DNA of 64,000 nt from Chiloscyllium plagiosum (lineage: Eukaryota): assembly GCF_004010195.1 (NCBI RefSeq), contig NC_057750.1:428378-492377 (forward strand), in the 5' to 3' direction. The translations under genes were made by a program, and so were the position numbers. Shown here piece after piece: positions 23,391 to 35,103 of this stretch. Positions within the stretch are counted from its first letter, which is position 1, and each line of letters starts with the position of its first letter. The notes below the pieces were generated by a model, which had not been told where the DNA came from, ran no database searches, and saw nothing but the letters and a program-made list of their open reading frames with translations.

Positions 23391-24176
23391 ATTCTCTGGC
23401 TCTTTGAATGTGATGAGAATGCAGGGAGGAAGGGGTGTGCATTGGTGATTTTCATTTACACGACTATACGGATAGGTCATAATAAGCTTTGATATTAGGC
23501 AATAAGCTATCTGGACCAGAGAGAGAGCTGGATAATTGCAAATATATTGCATACTTTGGTTTAACTTAATAACCTGAATGAAGACATGATTTTCTACAAA
23601 CCCAGATTCGATTTTATGGAAACCCTTGAAGGAGTGACTGGCCTTTGTACCTTCCAAATTACATGAGTATTCGATCAAATAATATAAGTAGAAAACCTGT
23701 TCCCTGTTTGTATCTAATAAAACAGGATCGCAGCAAATATACAATTTCTGGATTATTTGTATTTCACTGCTTTCTGAGCAATTTCCAAACAGTGCAATTT
23801 TAGGGACTTATTGATTTTTCTACAGAAGCATTGGGCTCTCAGAGTGATATTGAGTATTAGGTTTATTTGCAAATCTTAGCTTTGTCACTTTTAAATTATA
23901 TCTATCCATACATAATTACCTGACACTGTGATAAATCAAGAGCATTTAAGTGAAGTTTATTTCCATTGCTATTTTAAAATTTTAAAGCAAACAAAGGCAT
24001 TAAAGAAATTAAGCTAGTGGACATCCAGTAGCAATACACTTGGTAAGCTGAAACATCTGATAACAGTTTGCAAAAAAGATTATGAAAGCCAAGCACAATT
24101 AGGAAGTCTTTTTTTTGTAGTCTTTGGGCAAGTCTGGGAAGAAGGAGGAAAAGGTGATAAATTTCCTCCATGCTAT

Positions 24177-24677
24177 ATTAGAAGGATGTTGTGAAACTTG
24201 AAAGGATTCAGAAAAGATTTACAAGGATGTTGCCAGGGTTGGAGGATTTGAGCTATAGGGAGAGGCTGAACAGGCTGGGACTGTTTTCCCTGGAGCATTG
24301 GAGGCTGAGGGGTGACCTTGTAGAGGTTTATAAAATCATGAGGGGCATGGATAGGGTAAATAGACAAGATCTTTTCTGTGAGGTGGGGGAGTCCAGAACT
24401 AGAGGGCATTGGTTTAGGGTGAGAGGGGAAAGATATAAAAGAGACCTAAGGGGCAAATCTTTCATGCAGAGGGTGGTGAGTGTATGGAATGAGCTGCCCA
24501 GAGGAGGAGGTGGTGGAGGCTGGAACAATTACAGCATTTAAAAGGCCTCTGGATGGGTATATGAATAGGAAGGGTTTGGAGGGATATGGGCTGGGTGCTG
24601 GCAGGTGGGATTAGTTTGGGTTGGGATAGCTGGACTGGAGGGTCTGTTTCCGTGCTGTACATCTCTGTGACTCTATT
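24177..24677 (+). mobile_element. Young 5'-truncated CR1 with 7-bp TSD
   Basis: ORF 24191-24541 is close to the 1790-2130 region; ATGCTAT at 24170-24176 and 24678-24684. Confidence 0.93.
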
Positions 24678-24702
24678 ATGCTATGTGGAAGTTCCTGTGT
24701 TG

Positions 24703-24840
24703 GACTGGGGTGGACAAAGTCAGAAATCATGACACCAGGTTCTCTAGTCCAACAGGTTTATTTGAAACCACAATCTTTTGGAGTAAGGTACTCTTCAGCT
24801 GAAAGACTATCACCTGGCACCATGTGACATATAATTTGTA
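24703..24840. mobile_element. Short degenerate PLE-type terminal fragment (same family as 41843-41889)
   Basis: AAATCATGACACCAGGTTCTCTAGTCCAACAGGTTTATTTG matches 41842-41879; partial inverted copy (ACTATCACCTGG..GTGA) downstream. Confidence 0.5.
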
Positions 24841-24930
24841 CAAATCACCCGAGTTCCTGCAGTGTTGCTCAAAGTTGGTTTGGAACTTGGAGCAGGGCTA
24901 TGCTGTTTTGGTGAAACAATGTTAACCTAG

Positions 24931-25694
24931 CCTGCTTCTTTATGAACTTGTGCTGAGAAGGAACTTAAGCAGCTAACTGGTAGTTGTGGAAATTTCTCCT
25001 GGGGAGGTCAGACCATTAGAAACGTTATAAAAGTAAAATATGGTGGATGCTAGAAAACTGAAGCAAACTGAGAATACTGGAGAATGTCAGCAGGTCTGGC
25101 ACTGGAGAGAGAGAAACAGAATTAATATCTCAGGTCCAATAAGAAGAAGGTTGGAAGAATCACATGGGATTCAAAATGTTATCATCGTTTCTCTCTGTTC
25201 ATGGATACTGCTAGACCTGCTGAGTCTCTTCAGCATTTGCTATGTTTGGTTATTAAGAAATGTTGACTGACAGCAGCTCTTTGCATTTAGCAACTGAATC
25301 ACTGAGATTCTCCCTGCTTCTTTATGAACTTGTGCTGAGAAGGAACTTAAGCAGCTAACTGGTAGTTGTGGAAATTTCTCCTGGGGAGGTCAGACCATTA
25401 GAAACGTTATAAAAGTAAAATATGGTGGATGCTAGAAAACTGAAGCAAACTGAGAATACTGGAGAATCTCAGCAGGTCTGGCACTGGAGAGAGAGAAACA
25501 GAATTAACATCTCAGGTCCAATAAGAAGAAGGTTGGAAGAATCACATGGGATTCAAAATGTTATCATTGTTTCTCTCTGTTCATGGATACTGCTAGACCT
25601 GCTGAGTCTCTTCAGCATTTGCTATGTTTGGTTATTAAGAAATGTTGACTGACAGCAGCTCTTTGCATTTAGCAACTGAATCACTGAGATTCTC
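24931..25694 (+). repeat. Tandem duplication, 2 x 382 bp
   Basis: 24931-25312 vs 25313-25694, about 3 substitutions; each copy contains a degenerate fold-back PLE-type element (~25036-25250, ~25418-25632). Confidence 0.95.
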
Positions 25695-25849
25695 TATGTG
25701 GCCACTCTCAATTCCAGTTATGTACATAGCTAATGACAGTATAAACTGTCCAATAGACTGAATGATACTCCATTTACAGGTCCCACTACAGAGAGAGTTT
25801 GTGTCGCTTTAGTGTGTGAATAGCTGCTTAGTAGCAATAGCACTTTAAC

Positions 25850-26700
25850 ATTACTAAAGGCAACAAAGAAGTTGGAGATTTTTATCTTATGCTCATCAGC
25901 TCAAGGATGCAAGAAACAGAATTGGAGAAGAGGGAGGGGAATGAATGGAAGACCAATTTATACAGCATGAGAAAAGGGTACTGCTTGGTTTGATCATTAT
26001 TGGCCTGGACAGGCACTAGGAACAGTTAACTGTCAATCTTAATTCTCAGACCAGGCAGATAGATTTTGATTGGTCAGGGTGTTTCTATGGTGATGCAGCA
26101 GTGATTGGCTGTTCCTATGACTCCAGGTCTGTCACTGTAATTCTAGTGACTAGCAGTCCATATCAAACATTCCCGTTAACCATTCACAGGGCCCTGACTT
26201 ATGTCGACAAAAGGAATTCAGTAATACATCGCACTTTTCTCATTTAAAAAAAAAGTCATGGAGTCAGCCAATCGTTGCTGAATCCCTATAGCAACACACT
26301 GGCCAATCAGAATCTACCGGTCTGGTTTCTGAATTGAGATTGCCTGTTCTTGCTGTGTCTCCAGGTCAATAATGATCCAACCAATCAGCTCCCTTCTGAG
26401 GGGCATGGAGGCATATTAGTAGGGGCATGGAATGGCCTGCCTGTAACAGTAGTAGACTTGCTGATGTTAAGAGTATTTAAATGGACATACATATGGATAA
26501 TAATGGAATGGTGTAGGTTTGATGGGTATCAGATTAATTTCACAGATTGGTGCAATATCAAGGGCTGAAGAGCCTGTACAGTGCTGTAATGTTCTATGTC
26601 CTTTCATGCTGGAGAATAATAATGTCTCTTTTTCTTAATTCTGTTTTTTTTAATGTCCTTGAGCAAGATGAAAAGCTTCAATCTCTATCCTCCTTTTAGC
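25850..26700. mobile_element. Large fold-back element (~270-bp inverted arms) with hammerhead remnants, right arm split by a CR1 piece
   Basis: 26059-26110 TAGATTTTGATTGGTCAGGGTGTTTCTATGG.. is the reverse complement of 26265-26316; homology extends to both ends. TCATCAG at 25893-25899 and GAAAAGCTTC at 26670-26679. Confidence 0.75.
26400..26600 (+). mobile_element. CR1 3' fragment
   Basis: GAWNGLPVTVVD.., tail AAGGGCTGAAGAGCCTGTACAGTGCTGTAATGTTCTATG; close to 2710-2852. Confidence 0.8.
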
Positions 26701-27114
26701 ATTGTTGATATTGCTTTCCAGTCATAGGAAACTTGAAAAGGACTAGAATGAGAAAGGATTGGAAAGAGAATTTAATGGAGGCAATTTGTTAATTTTTGGA
26801 CATGATTTAATTCCCAAGGGACATAACCAAATTGGATACAGAGCATTTCGGTTAACAGCAATCAGGAAGAAAGTTTGTCTAACAAGGATTTGGAAAGGAG
26901 ACTGTTTCTCTTGTAAGGATTAAGTCTTGTTCGGCATTCTGTCTGCCTACTATTCCAAAATGGTTTACTCTCGCCCTTCTGTGTTTAACTTATTCCAATT
27001 GGAATGTAAAAGACTCCAACTCTAATTTGTGCAAACAAACTTCAAGCAACCCAAGCCAAATTCTTAATATGTGTCCAGTTGTAGGAGTAGGGTAATTTAT
27101 ATATGGCCAAGCCA

Positions 27115-27355
27115 TTCTCTTATTAATATGTTTTGGAGTCACATGTAGGTCAGATTAGGTAAGAATAGCAGTTTCCTTCTCAAAATGGCATTCGTGAACC
27201 AGAGATGATTTTAACAATTAATTAATGGGCATCATTAGACTTGTAGTTCCACATTTTTATTGAATTCAAATTCCTCCTGCTGGAATGGGATTCAAACTCT
27301 TGTTCTGGGTCTCTGGGTAATTAATCCAGTGACAATTTCGCTACACCATTGTCTT
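27115..27355 (-). mobile_element. tRNA-derived SINE fragment (17490 family)
   Basis: GGAGTCACATGTAGGTCAGA..TTTTTATTGAATTCAAATT..GGGATTCAAAC is the reverse of the family core. Confidence 0.7.
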
Positions 27356-27564
27356 CTAAATTTTCAATTCCACTGATGTCATACTAATGGTTCCATAGGC
27401 TCTTTTCTCTTTAATTCTTTTATTTAAGAATACAGGGCATGTCATAAGATCCATCAAGCCTGTTTCACCATTTAATAAATCATACCCAATCTAATTCTGC
27501 TCTTCACTCCAGTCTTCAGCACCCACAATCTTTATTGATCTAAAATTGAACTCAGCATTGATTA

Positions 27565-27908
27565 TGATAGGATAAATAGACAAAGTCTTTTCCCTGGGGT
27601 CAGGGAGTCCAGAACTAGAGGGCATAAGTTTAGGGTGAGGGGGGAAAGATATGAAAGAGACCTAAGGGGCAACTTTTTCATGCAGAAGGTGGTACGTGTA
27701 TGGAATGAGCTGCCCAGAGGAGGTGGTGGAGGCTGGTACAATTGCAACATTTAGGAGGCATTTGGATGGGTATATGAATAGGAAGGATTTGGAGGGATAT
27801 GGGCTGAGTGCTGGCAGGTGGGACTAGATTGGGTTGGGATTTCTGGTTGGCATGGACAAGTTGGACTGAAGGGTCTGCTTTCATGCTGTACATCTCTATG
27901 ACCCTATA
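27565..27908 (+). mobile_element. Young CR1 3' fragment nested in an older minus-strand CR1 (~27420-28380)
   Basis: Near-identical to 1953-2290 including the GTACATCTCTATGAC tail. Confidence 0.92.
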
Positions 27909-28589
27909 TGCAAAGACCCAGCCTCCAGTGCCTTGTGGAAAAGAGACTTTCAAACCCTGATGACTCTGATTCACCTCAGTTTTAAATGGGAGGCCGCTGA
28001 TTTTCAAATGTTACACTGGTTCTAGATTGCCCCTAGAGGGAAATATTCTCACAGCATTGACCCTGTTAAAGCCCCTCACAATTTTGAGCATTTTAATAAG
28101 ATTAGTCTTATTCTTTTGAACCTGACTAAGTGCAACGTGCTTGACGTTTTCTTGATAGACAACTCCTTTGTCCCAGGAATCAGCCAAATGAACCTTTTCT
28201 GATCTACTTCCAAGGCGAGTCTATCCCTCCCTTAAGTAAGGAATCAAACCGTAATAATGCTCTGTCTAGTCTGTACAGCCACATCAAGATGTCTTAGCTT
28301 CTATAACTCCATCACCTTTGCAACAAACATCCACATTCCACTTTCCTTCCTACTCACTTGCTATACCTGTTTAACTTTGTTACTAAGTAAAAGTAGGTAT
28401 ATGTATTTTAGCTAGAATTATCTAAAATTGTTTAAAGAGGACATTTAATAAAACAACCAGAAGACTCATTTTCAAAAGACAGGAAATTAATCACACTGAT
28501 CTGTTGGCAAACAGGACATTCTTCACCATAATTTTGGCAAGACAGACTTGGTATACCTTTGGAAATATTGGATATTGCGATTGGGGAAG

Positions 28590-29525
28590 GGTTTCTTCCT
28601 TAAGTATGGATGAACTAGGACAGTTTCTTCATTTCAGTAATAAATTCATTGACTGAGCAGAATATTGAGAAACTAGGTCACAGCTCATAACATAACAGGG
28701 AAATACTTGAATTGGAAAACAACAGTGAACAGAGACACTGTAAGTAGAGTAATGAGAGTATAAAAATTAAGAATTAAGAAGGCAGGAGGTCAAATGTTAA
28801 GAAATTAGGATGTGAAATTGAATAAAGAAAGATTGGGACTAATTCTAATGATGAATTAATGAGGTTTTTCATGAATACGAGGCGTGTTTAGAGCAAGTTA
28901 TTGAAGTTTAAAAAGAAAAAGATTGAGAAGATGAATAATAATTTGTTTAATGATGATATTATAGAACTCAGAGGGTGGGATTTAGTTTAAGAAGCAAACA
29001 GAGGATGAAATTAACATAAGAGCAGGAGTAGACCATTCAGCCCTTTGAGTCTGCTGTCATTATAGATCATGGCTGACCTTTGACCTCATTGTCATATTCA
29101 CTCATTATCTCCCATCCCTCGATGTTATTAGTAACTATACAATGAAACGATACAATTCAATACAGCACAGGAACAGACCCTTTGGCCCACCAAGTCTATC
29201 ATGGTTCAAATCCGTATTGCCCATGCACAGTTTCTATCTATAAAATCTATCAAACTCTATTAAATATATTCAGTGATTTAGCTAGTACAGCACTCTGAAT
29301 TCAAGCGTTCTAAAGACTCACCATCCTCTTGAATGAAGAAGCTTCTCTTCATTTTAATTTTTAAGAACTTGCCTTTGTGTTTTCTGTGTTCTGCGGTTCT
29401 GGACCCCCCCCCCCCCCCTTCTGCAGTTACTCTGTCTATTCCTTCACGAGCTTTGTAAGAAGGAATCATGCTATAGAGAGCTTGTGGCAGCTTTTTGAAA
29501 GAGTTCATCTAATTAGTCCCACCTC
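28590..29525. mobile_element. Cluster of old CR1 fragments (plus-strand endonuclease remnant ~28590-28980; minus 3' tails from 29012)
   Basis: AACATAAGAGCAGGAGTAGACCATTCAGCCC and TACAGCACAGGAACAGACCC reverse tails. Confidence 0.55.
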
Positions 29526-30639
29526 CTATTCTTTCCCTGGCTGGAAATGATAGCAGACCCATCTATCAGCTTATGGTACACGTTTGGCCTGACAGTTTAA
29601 TAGTCACTTAGCAAACTGTTATTAGTACAGGTTGGAAACATTGGTTTTGTGATGTTAGCAAGACACTACAGTTTTACCTCCACTCATAGTTAAGGTTTCT
29701 TTGTTAGTCCAAGAGTGAATATCCAATCCCCACACCACGACAAAACCAAATAAGCAAAAAACTGGTATATAATCTAAAACTTAAAACAACTAGGAGGGGA
29801 GACAGGAGAAGATGAGATGTCCGGAACATTTTTAAAAGTTAAATGAGGGTTTCTTTCACCAGATGGTTGGCAATGATCATTGATTGAATAGGAATCCCAG
29901 ATACTTTAGTGAGGTAAAGGGAGGGGTGAGGACGGCTGACCTATATAATGACAGCATCATTCCCTCCAGGATAGTGATGACAACATAATTCCAGCAATTG
30001 CACTAGCCAATGAAGTGACAGCAATTCACGTTCTACTGATAATTTACATCAACTTTCTATACTCATTGCATTCTGTTGACGAGGTAATCCTGCTTTCTTT
30101 GTTATAGTTTTAACCATGAGTTTGATTTACAGCAGAGGATTATATACCTTTTCAGTAGATTTGCTGTAAACTAGATTGTTTACTGGGAACTCTGCTGTAA
30201 ATCCCACAAAATCTTCAACTCCTTGACTGACAAGATGCCGATAAATACCATACAATGGGTGATGATTGGCCATTTATGTCTTCAATGACAGTTAAATCTG
30301 GCTGCTGGATCTTTTGACTAAAGTTTGATCCAAGGATGTCTTTATCAGTCAAAGGTTCTTTCTGAAAATCCAGTTTCAAACCATGAGGCAGTTACGCCAT
30401 TTCTCCACAAAATCAGATTCAGTGCCAAAGAAATGACATGGAGCATAGCAGAGGATTTTCTTTCAGGGACTGAGTAAATGGTGTTGCAAGAGAACAGAAG
30501 GGACATTGCTTCCAAATGACTTTGCTGTGTCCACCTGCAAACTTGCATTGAAATATGGTCCATTCCTCAGGACTACTATTTCTCACAACTGGAGATCAGC
30601 ATGAGGGGTGAGCATAGAGAAGAGAAGGATTGATGGGAT

Positions 30640-30930
30640 TCCATATGAGTAGGCCATTCAGCCCTTTGAGCTAATTCATCCATTCAGTGGGATCATGGCT
30701 GATCTGTGGCCGAACTCCATACACCTCCCTTTAGCCAGTAATCCCTTGATAGCTTTGCTTAACAAAACTCCATCTCAAATTTGAAATTACCAACTGATCC
30801 TGTATCCACTGCTGTTTCTGGAAGAGAATTACAAACCTCTCCCACCCTTTGTGTGTAGTCATGCTACCTAACATTTCTCCTGAACAGTCTGACCTTAACG
30901 TCTGCATCATTGTCCTCCAGTCCTCTCGAT
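30640..30930 (-). mobile_element. CR1 3' fragment
   Basis: GAGTAGGCCATTCAGCCC..GATCATGGCTGATCTG reverse tail. Confidence 0.75.
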
Positions 30931-31229
30931 GTAAACCCCCAGATTTCCATCTGCTTTCCTGATTATTTTCTGTATCTGTTTGTGGCATTTTAATAATTTA
31001 TGCACCTGAATTCCTAAGTCCCTTTAGACATCCACTTTATACCATCGAGAAAGTATCCTAACCTTCTTCATTCCACACCTCCCACTTGCTGCCATTAACA
31101 ATGATTAAGGAAGCTAACATCATTTATCCTGGCCTTGACTGAACTGCTAAGAACAGATTTTGTCACCTGTAGAAGATTAGATGAGAGTAAAACAGACTGA
31201 GGAGATACTGGATTTGCATCCAGCAACAA

Positions 31230-31390
31230 AGCAAAACCAGGGAGAATGATTTGAAGATCATCATTATGTGACACATATGCCAGATATTACAGCAGTAACT
31301 TCATTTCAAAAGTACTTCATTGGCAGTTAAGTGCTTTGGGAATATCCTGAGGTTGTGAAAGGTGCTATATAAATGCAAATTTTTTTTTCA
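31230..31390 (+). mobile_element. Deu-SINE 3' tail
   Basis: TTCAAAAGTACTTCATTGGC..GCTTTGGG..TCCTGAGGTTGTGAAAGGTGCTATATAAATGCAA matches 11300-11377. Confidence 0.75.
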
Positions 31391-31939
31391 GTAAAAGAAA
31401 ATAGATGATAGCTCTAGGTTAAAATAGTTGTGGGGTTACTTAACATTGTCTGAGTTACTGATTAATATTGGAACAGCTCATTGACAATTCCAAGCATACA
31501 GTGATTATACTGCACTGAAGTTTCAGTCTACTGTTAATCTCATGAGTGAGAGATGGAAACTTATTTGAGCGTGGGCCAAGACAAACAGTCATGAAAGCTC
31601 TTTAATTTGTACCATGTTCTGTAGTCAGGGTCAATGTGTAGAGAATCCTGGACCAAAGAGAGCAAAATTAATCCATTTCTAAAACAACTTGGTTTGTATT
31701 AGTTCGTTTTATCCTTATTTGATGTGCTGTGCTTGATTCCTGTAATACTCTTTAACTTATTTTCCATCATCTTGGACATGCTAATAAATCTACAACCTCA
31801 GATCATGATTGTGACCTTTTATGTTAAAAATTGTCTGTTTTCCAGTCACTGACCCAATGAATTATAAAAAACCTCTGCCACTATCACCCACAATGCCCCT
31901 AATTTCCAATCTCATTTCTTCAATGAGTATCAACTTGCA

Positions 31940-32002
31940 GTTATATATAATCTTCAGTGCAATAGACATTATCACAATGTCACAGAGAATTATAAACATT
32001 AA
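31940..32002 (+). repeat. 63-bp exact direct repeat, copy 1 (copy 2 at 34367-34429)
   Basis: GTTATATATAATCTTCAGTGCAATAGACATTATCACAATGTCACAGAGAATTATAAACATTAA is identical at both sites. Confidence 0.95.
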
Positions 32003-32489
32003 GCCATGGAAGGAGATGTTTAAGCATGTGATTCCCAAATATGTTCAGAAATGTCTTGATAAGAGAGAGCAGTGGAGAAAAAGAAACATTTTAGAAATTG
32101 AATTCTCGAGTTTATGATGTAGGCATTTGAGCCATGGCCACTTTCAGGTTGACTTGTCAGGGAATGATATCTTGGACTGACAATTGTTTGTTCAGCTCAA
32201 TGTTACACAATGTGTTTATTGAAGTTTTGTTCCATTGAGATAAAGAGAGAAAAAAAAATCAGACTTCTCAGCAAGTGAATCTATGGTTTTCCAGTCACAA
32301 TGGAATATGTTTGATCTCATTATGCTCAGTCCCAGAGGAAAAAGCCTGTATTTCTTTTTACAAAAAGCTATACTTCGGAATAAATGTACATGTCCCTCTG
32401 AAGCTCCATTTGGAAGAATACAGAATGGATCAATATGGGTCTCTCAAACAAGTTAATCATTTTTTCTTCTTTCTACGATGTGTTCAGAA

Positions 32490-32735
32490 TGTAAGAGCAT
32501 AAGAAAGAGGAGCAGGAGTAGGCTATTTGGCTCTTTGAGCCTGCTCTGCCATTCAATAAGATCATAGCCAAACTTTTCATGAACTCAGCTCTACTCACCC
32601 GCCCTCTCACCATAACCCTAATTCCTTTACTGTTCAAAAAATTATCTATCTTTACCTTAAAAACATTCAATGAGGTAGTCTCGCAACTCTTTGGATGAAG
32701 AAGTTCCTCCTCAACTCGGTCCCAAATCTGCTCCA
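32490..32735 (-). mobile_element. CR1 3' fragment
   Basis: Reverse complement of the 53590-53770 tail (SLNVFKVKIDNFLNSKGI). Confidence 0.85.
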
Positions 32736-33261
32736 TGAAACAATTATGCTGTTTGTGAGATATATTTTGGGACTGTAGCTTTAAATTTTAGATAAATGAG
32801 AGGGTCATATGTCATATTCAGTAGTCTGCCTGACAGTAAAATTGGGGTGGATTGGTTGTCAGTGATTAAGAGAAGGTTGGAATGGTTAATTGAAAGGAAA
32901 ATGCACGTTTGGAGAAAGTAACATCAGTCTTTGACTCTTTTAAATAGTTGCACTTTAAACTGCTCGTTTACTTTTAAGTTGAAAGGAAGTTCAGGTCAAG
33001 GATAGCTAATCGGCATTTCTACCTAGACATAAGATGAACATGCTTCACATTGCTACGGGAAAGAGGGTAGAGGTAGTCATTTTGCAATCAGGTTACAGGC
33101 TTCCCTACAATGAATAATTATCACAAAATAATATCAGAGATTCTATGTGGTCTGCAGAGAAAGAGGCTGTTTGACTTTGCAAGTTACTGCAGCTGGATAA
33201 GGAACAGAGAAAGCCTCAAGTTGAATGAAGACCCATATCTTGCATAAAACATTTACAATGG

Positions 33262-33424
33262 ATACTGTAAATCAGAAAGGAAAATAGAAATTGCTGGAAA
33301 AGCTCAGCTGGTCTGGCAGCATCTGTGGAGAGAAATCAGTGTTAGCATTTTAGGTCAAGTGACCCTTCCTCATAACTTCGATGCTGCCAGTCCTGCTGAG
33401 CTTTTCCAGCAATTTCTATTTTCA
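33262..33424. mobile_element. Degenerate fold-back PLE-type element
   Basis: GAAAATAGAAATTGCTGGAAAAGCTCAGC..GGCAGCATC and its reverse complement; minus-strand TGAGGA-AGGGTC ACTT GACCT-AAAA hammerhead remnant ~33342-33372. Confidence 0.75.
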
Positions 33425-34366
33425 CTCCCCATACCTTTCAACCTTCTCTGTCTTCTGGAAAGTTGTTCTGACATTACCGTGGGGAACGATAATCACTGGA
33501 TTAGGTTTTAACTACTCATAGCAGATTGAGAGAACTCTGAGAAAATTGAAGAAAATATCCGAAGACAATCAGTCAAAGTTAATACTTGGTAAAATCTGGC
33601 TACAGGAATGCATTGGAAGTTGAGAACAGCTGTACAAACACAAACCATTCTTTGCTAAAAAGGACAGGATAGGAAAGGAGTTTAAGGATATGGGCCATGT
33701 GCAGGGAAATGGGGTTAGCATGGATGGATATTTTGGTCAGTATGGACTGGTTTGGGCCAAAGGGCCTATCTCTGGAGGGGGAAATGGGTAATAAATGTTT
33801 GAAAGGAACATTGCTTTCTGGAAAGTATGAGTTGCTCATAAAATAGGTGTTTAGTTAGTGTTTATTATAATCATTTGTTACAGTAAATGTGTCAAAACAC
33901 AAATTTGTCTCTGATCATTCTTTCGACAAATTACTGGATGTCTGAATTTGTATTTTTTTACTGATTGGTCTCTGCAGACTTGTAACAAATGCAACAATGA
34001 ATTGAGAGTTGGGTCAATGTTTGGAGAAAAGATCCAACCAGCTCGTACACAATAGGAGCATGGGGGCAGCATTTTTGTCTCTAAGTTAAAGAAAATAAGA
34101 GAGCTTTGTGTTTTTAGAGGTGTGTATAACCTGGTTATTGGTAGTTCACAGTGTAAGTGAACTAAAAGTGAAAGCTGAATGGTAAAGGATGGTCCAGCAG
34201 ATTTGAGCTAACAAATGACCTCTTCCTGTTCCTATTTCTGATGGTCTTATGGAGGGTTTTATATTTGCCAAGTGAGTAACTTGGGACAGCATCTGTGCAG
34301 CCACCATAGACTGTTGTTGTCATTCCCAGTTCCTCTCTCCCTCCCATTTATAGCTGAGCCTATTGT

Positions 34367-34429
34367 GTTATATATAATCTTCAGTGCAATAGACATTATC
34401 ACAATGTCACAGAGAATTATAAACATTAA
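34367..34429 (+). repeat. 63-bp exact direct repeat, copy 2
   Basis: Identical to 31940-32002; flanked by ATTGT at 34362-34366 and 34431-34435. Confidence 0.95.
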
Positions 34430-34532
34430 AATTGTAATAAAAATTCCGTAAGTTTACCTTTCCTGTTCACAATATTACCTCCTGTGTTCTGGCCCTTTCC
34501 TTTAAGACCATAATACATAGTAGACCATTCAG

Positions 34533-35103
34533 GTAAAAACAAGGACTGCAGATGCTGGAAACCAGAGTTTAGATTAGAGTGGTGCTGGAAATGCACAGCA
34601 GGTCAGGCAGCATCCGAGGAGCAGGAAATTCAGCGTTTCGGGCAAAAGCCCTTCATCAGGAATAGAGGCAGGGTGCCTCCAGGGTGGAGAGAGAAATGAG
34701 AGGCGGGTGGGGGTGGGGAGAAAGTAGCATAGAGTACAATAGGTGAGTGGAGGTGGGAATGGAGGTGATAAGNNNNNNNNNNNNNNNNNNNNNNNNNNNN
34801 NNNNNNNNNNNNNNNNNNNNNNNNNNNNNNNNNNNNNNNNNNNNNNNNNNNNNNNNNNNNNNNNNNNNNNNNNNNNNNNNNNNNNNNNNNNNNNNNNNNN
34901 NNNNNNNNNNNNNNNNNNNNNNNNNNNNNNCCCCACTCACCTATTGTACTCTATGCTACATTCTCCCCACCCCCTCTCATTTATCTCTCCACCCTGCAGG
35001 CACCCTGCCTCTATTCCTGATGAAGGGCTTTTGCCTGATACGTCGCTTTTCCTGCTCCTCAGATGCTGCCTGACCTGCTGTGCTTTTCAGCATCACTCTA
35101 ATC
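34533..35103. mobile_element. Long fold-back PLE-type element spanning a gap, 15-bp TSD, inserted in a minus-strand CR1 tail (~34505-35380)
   Basis: 34570-34753 is the reverse complement of 34932-35105; TSD TAGTAGACCATTCAG 34518-34532 / TAGTAGGCCATTCAG 35104-35118. Confidence 0.88.
34628..34663 (-). ncRNA. Type-I hammerhead motif with complete stem I (cleavage triplet altered to GCU)
   Basis: AUUC-CUGAUGA-A-GGGC UUUU GCCC-GAAA-C-GCU-GAAU; AUUC pairs with GAAU. Confidence 0.65.

Noticed and set aside
30225..30370. Possible minus-strand exon KEPLTDKDILGSNFSQKIQQPDLTVIEDING after TTTTCAG
   Set aside because: Weak acceptor, unrecognised peptide and no supporting gene structure
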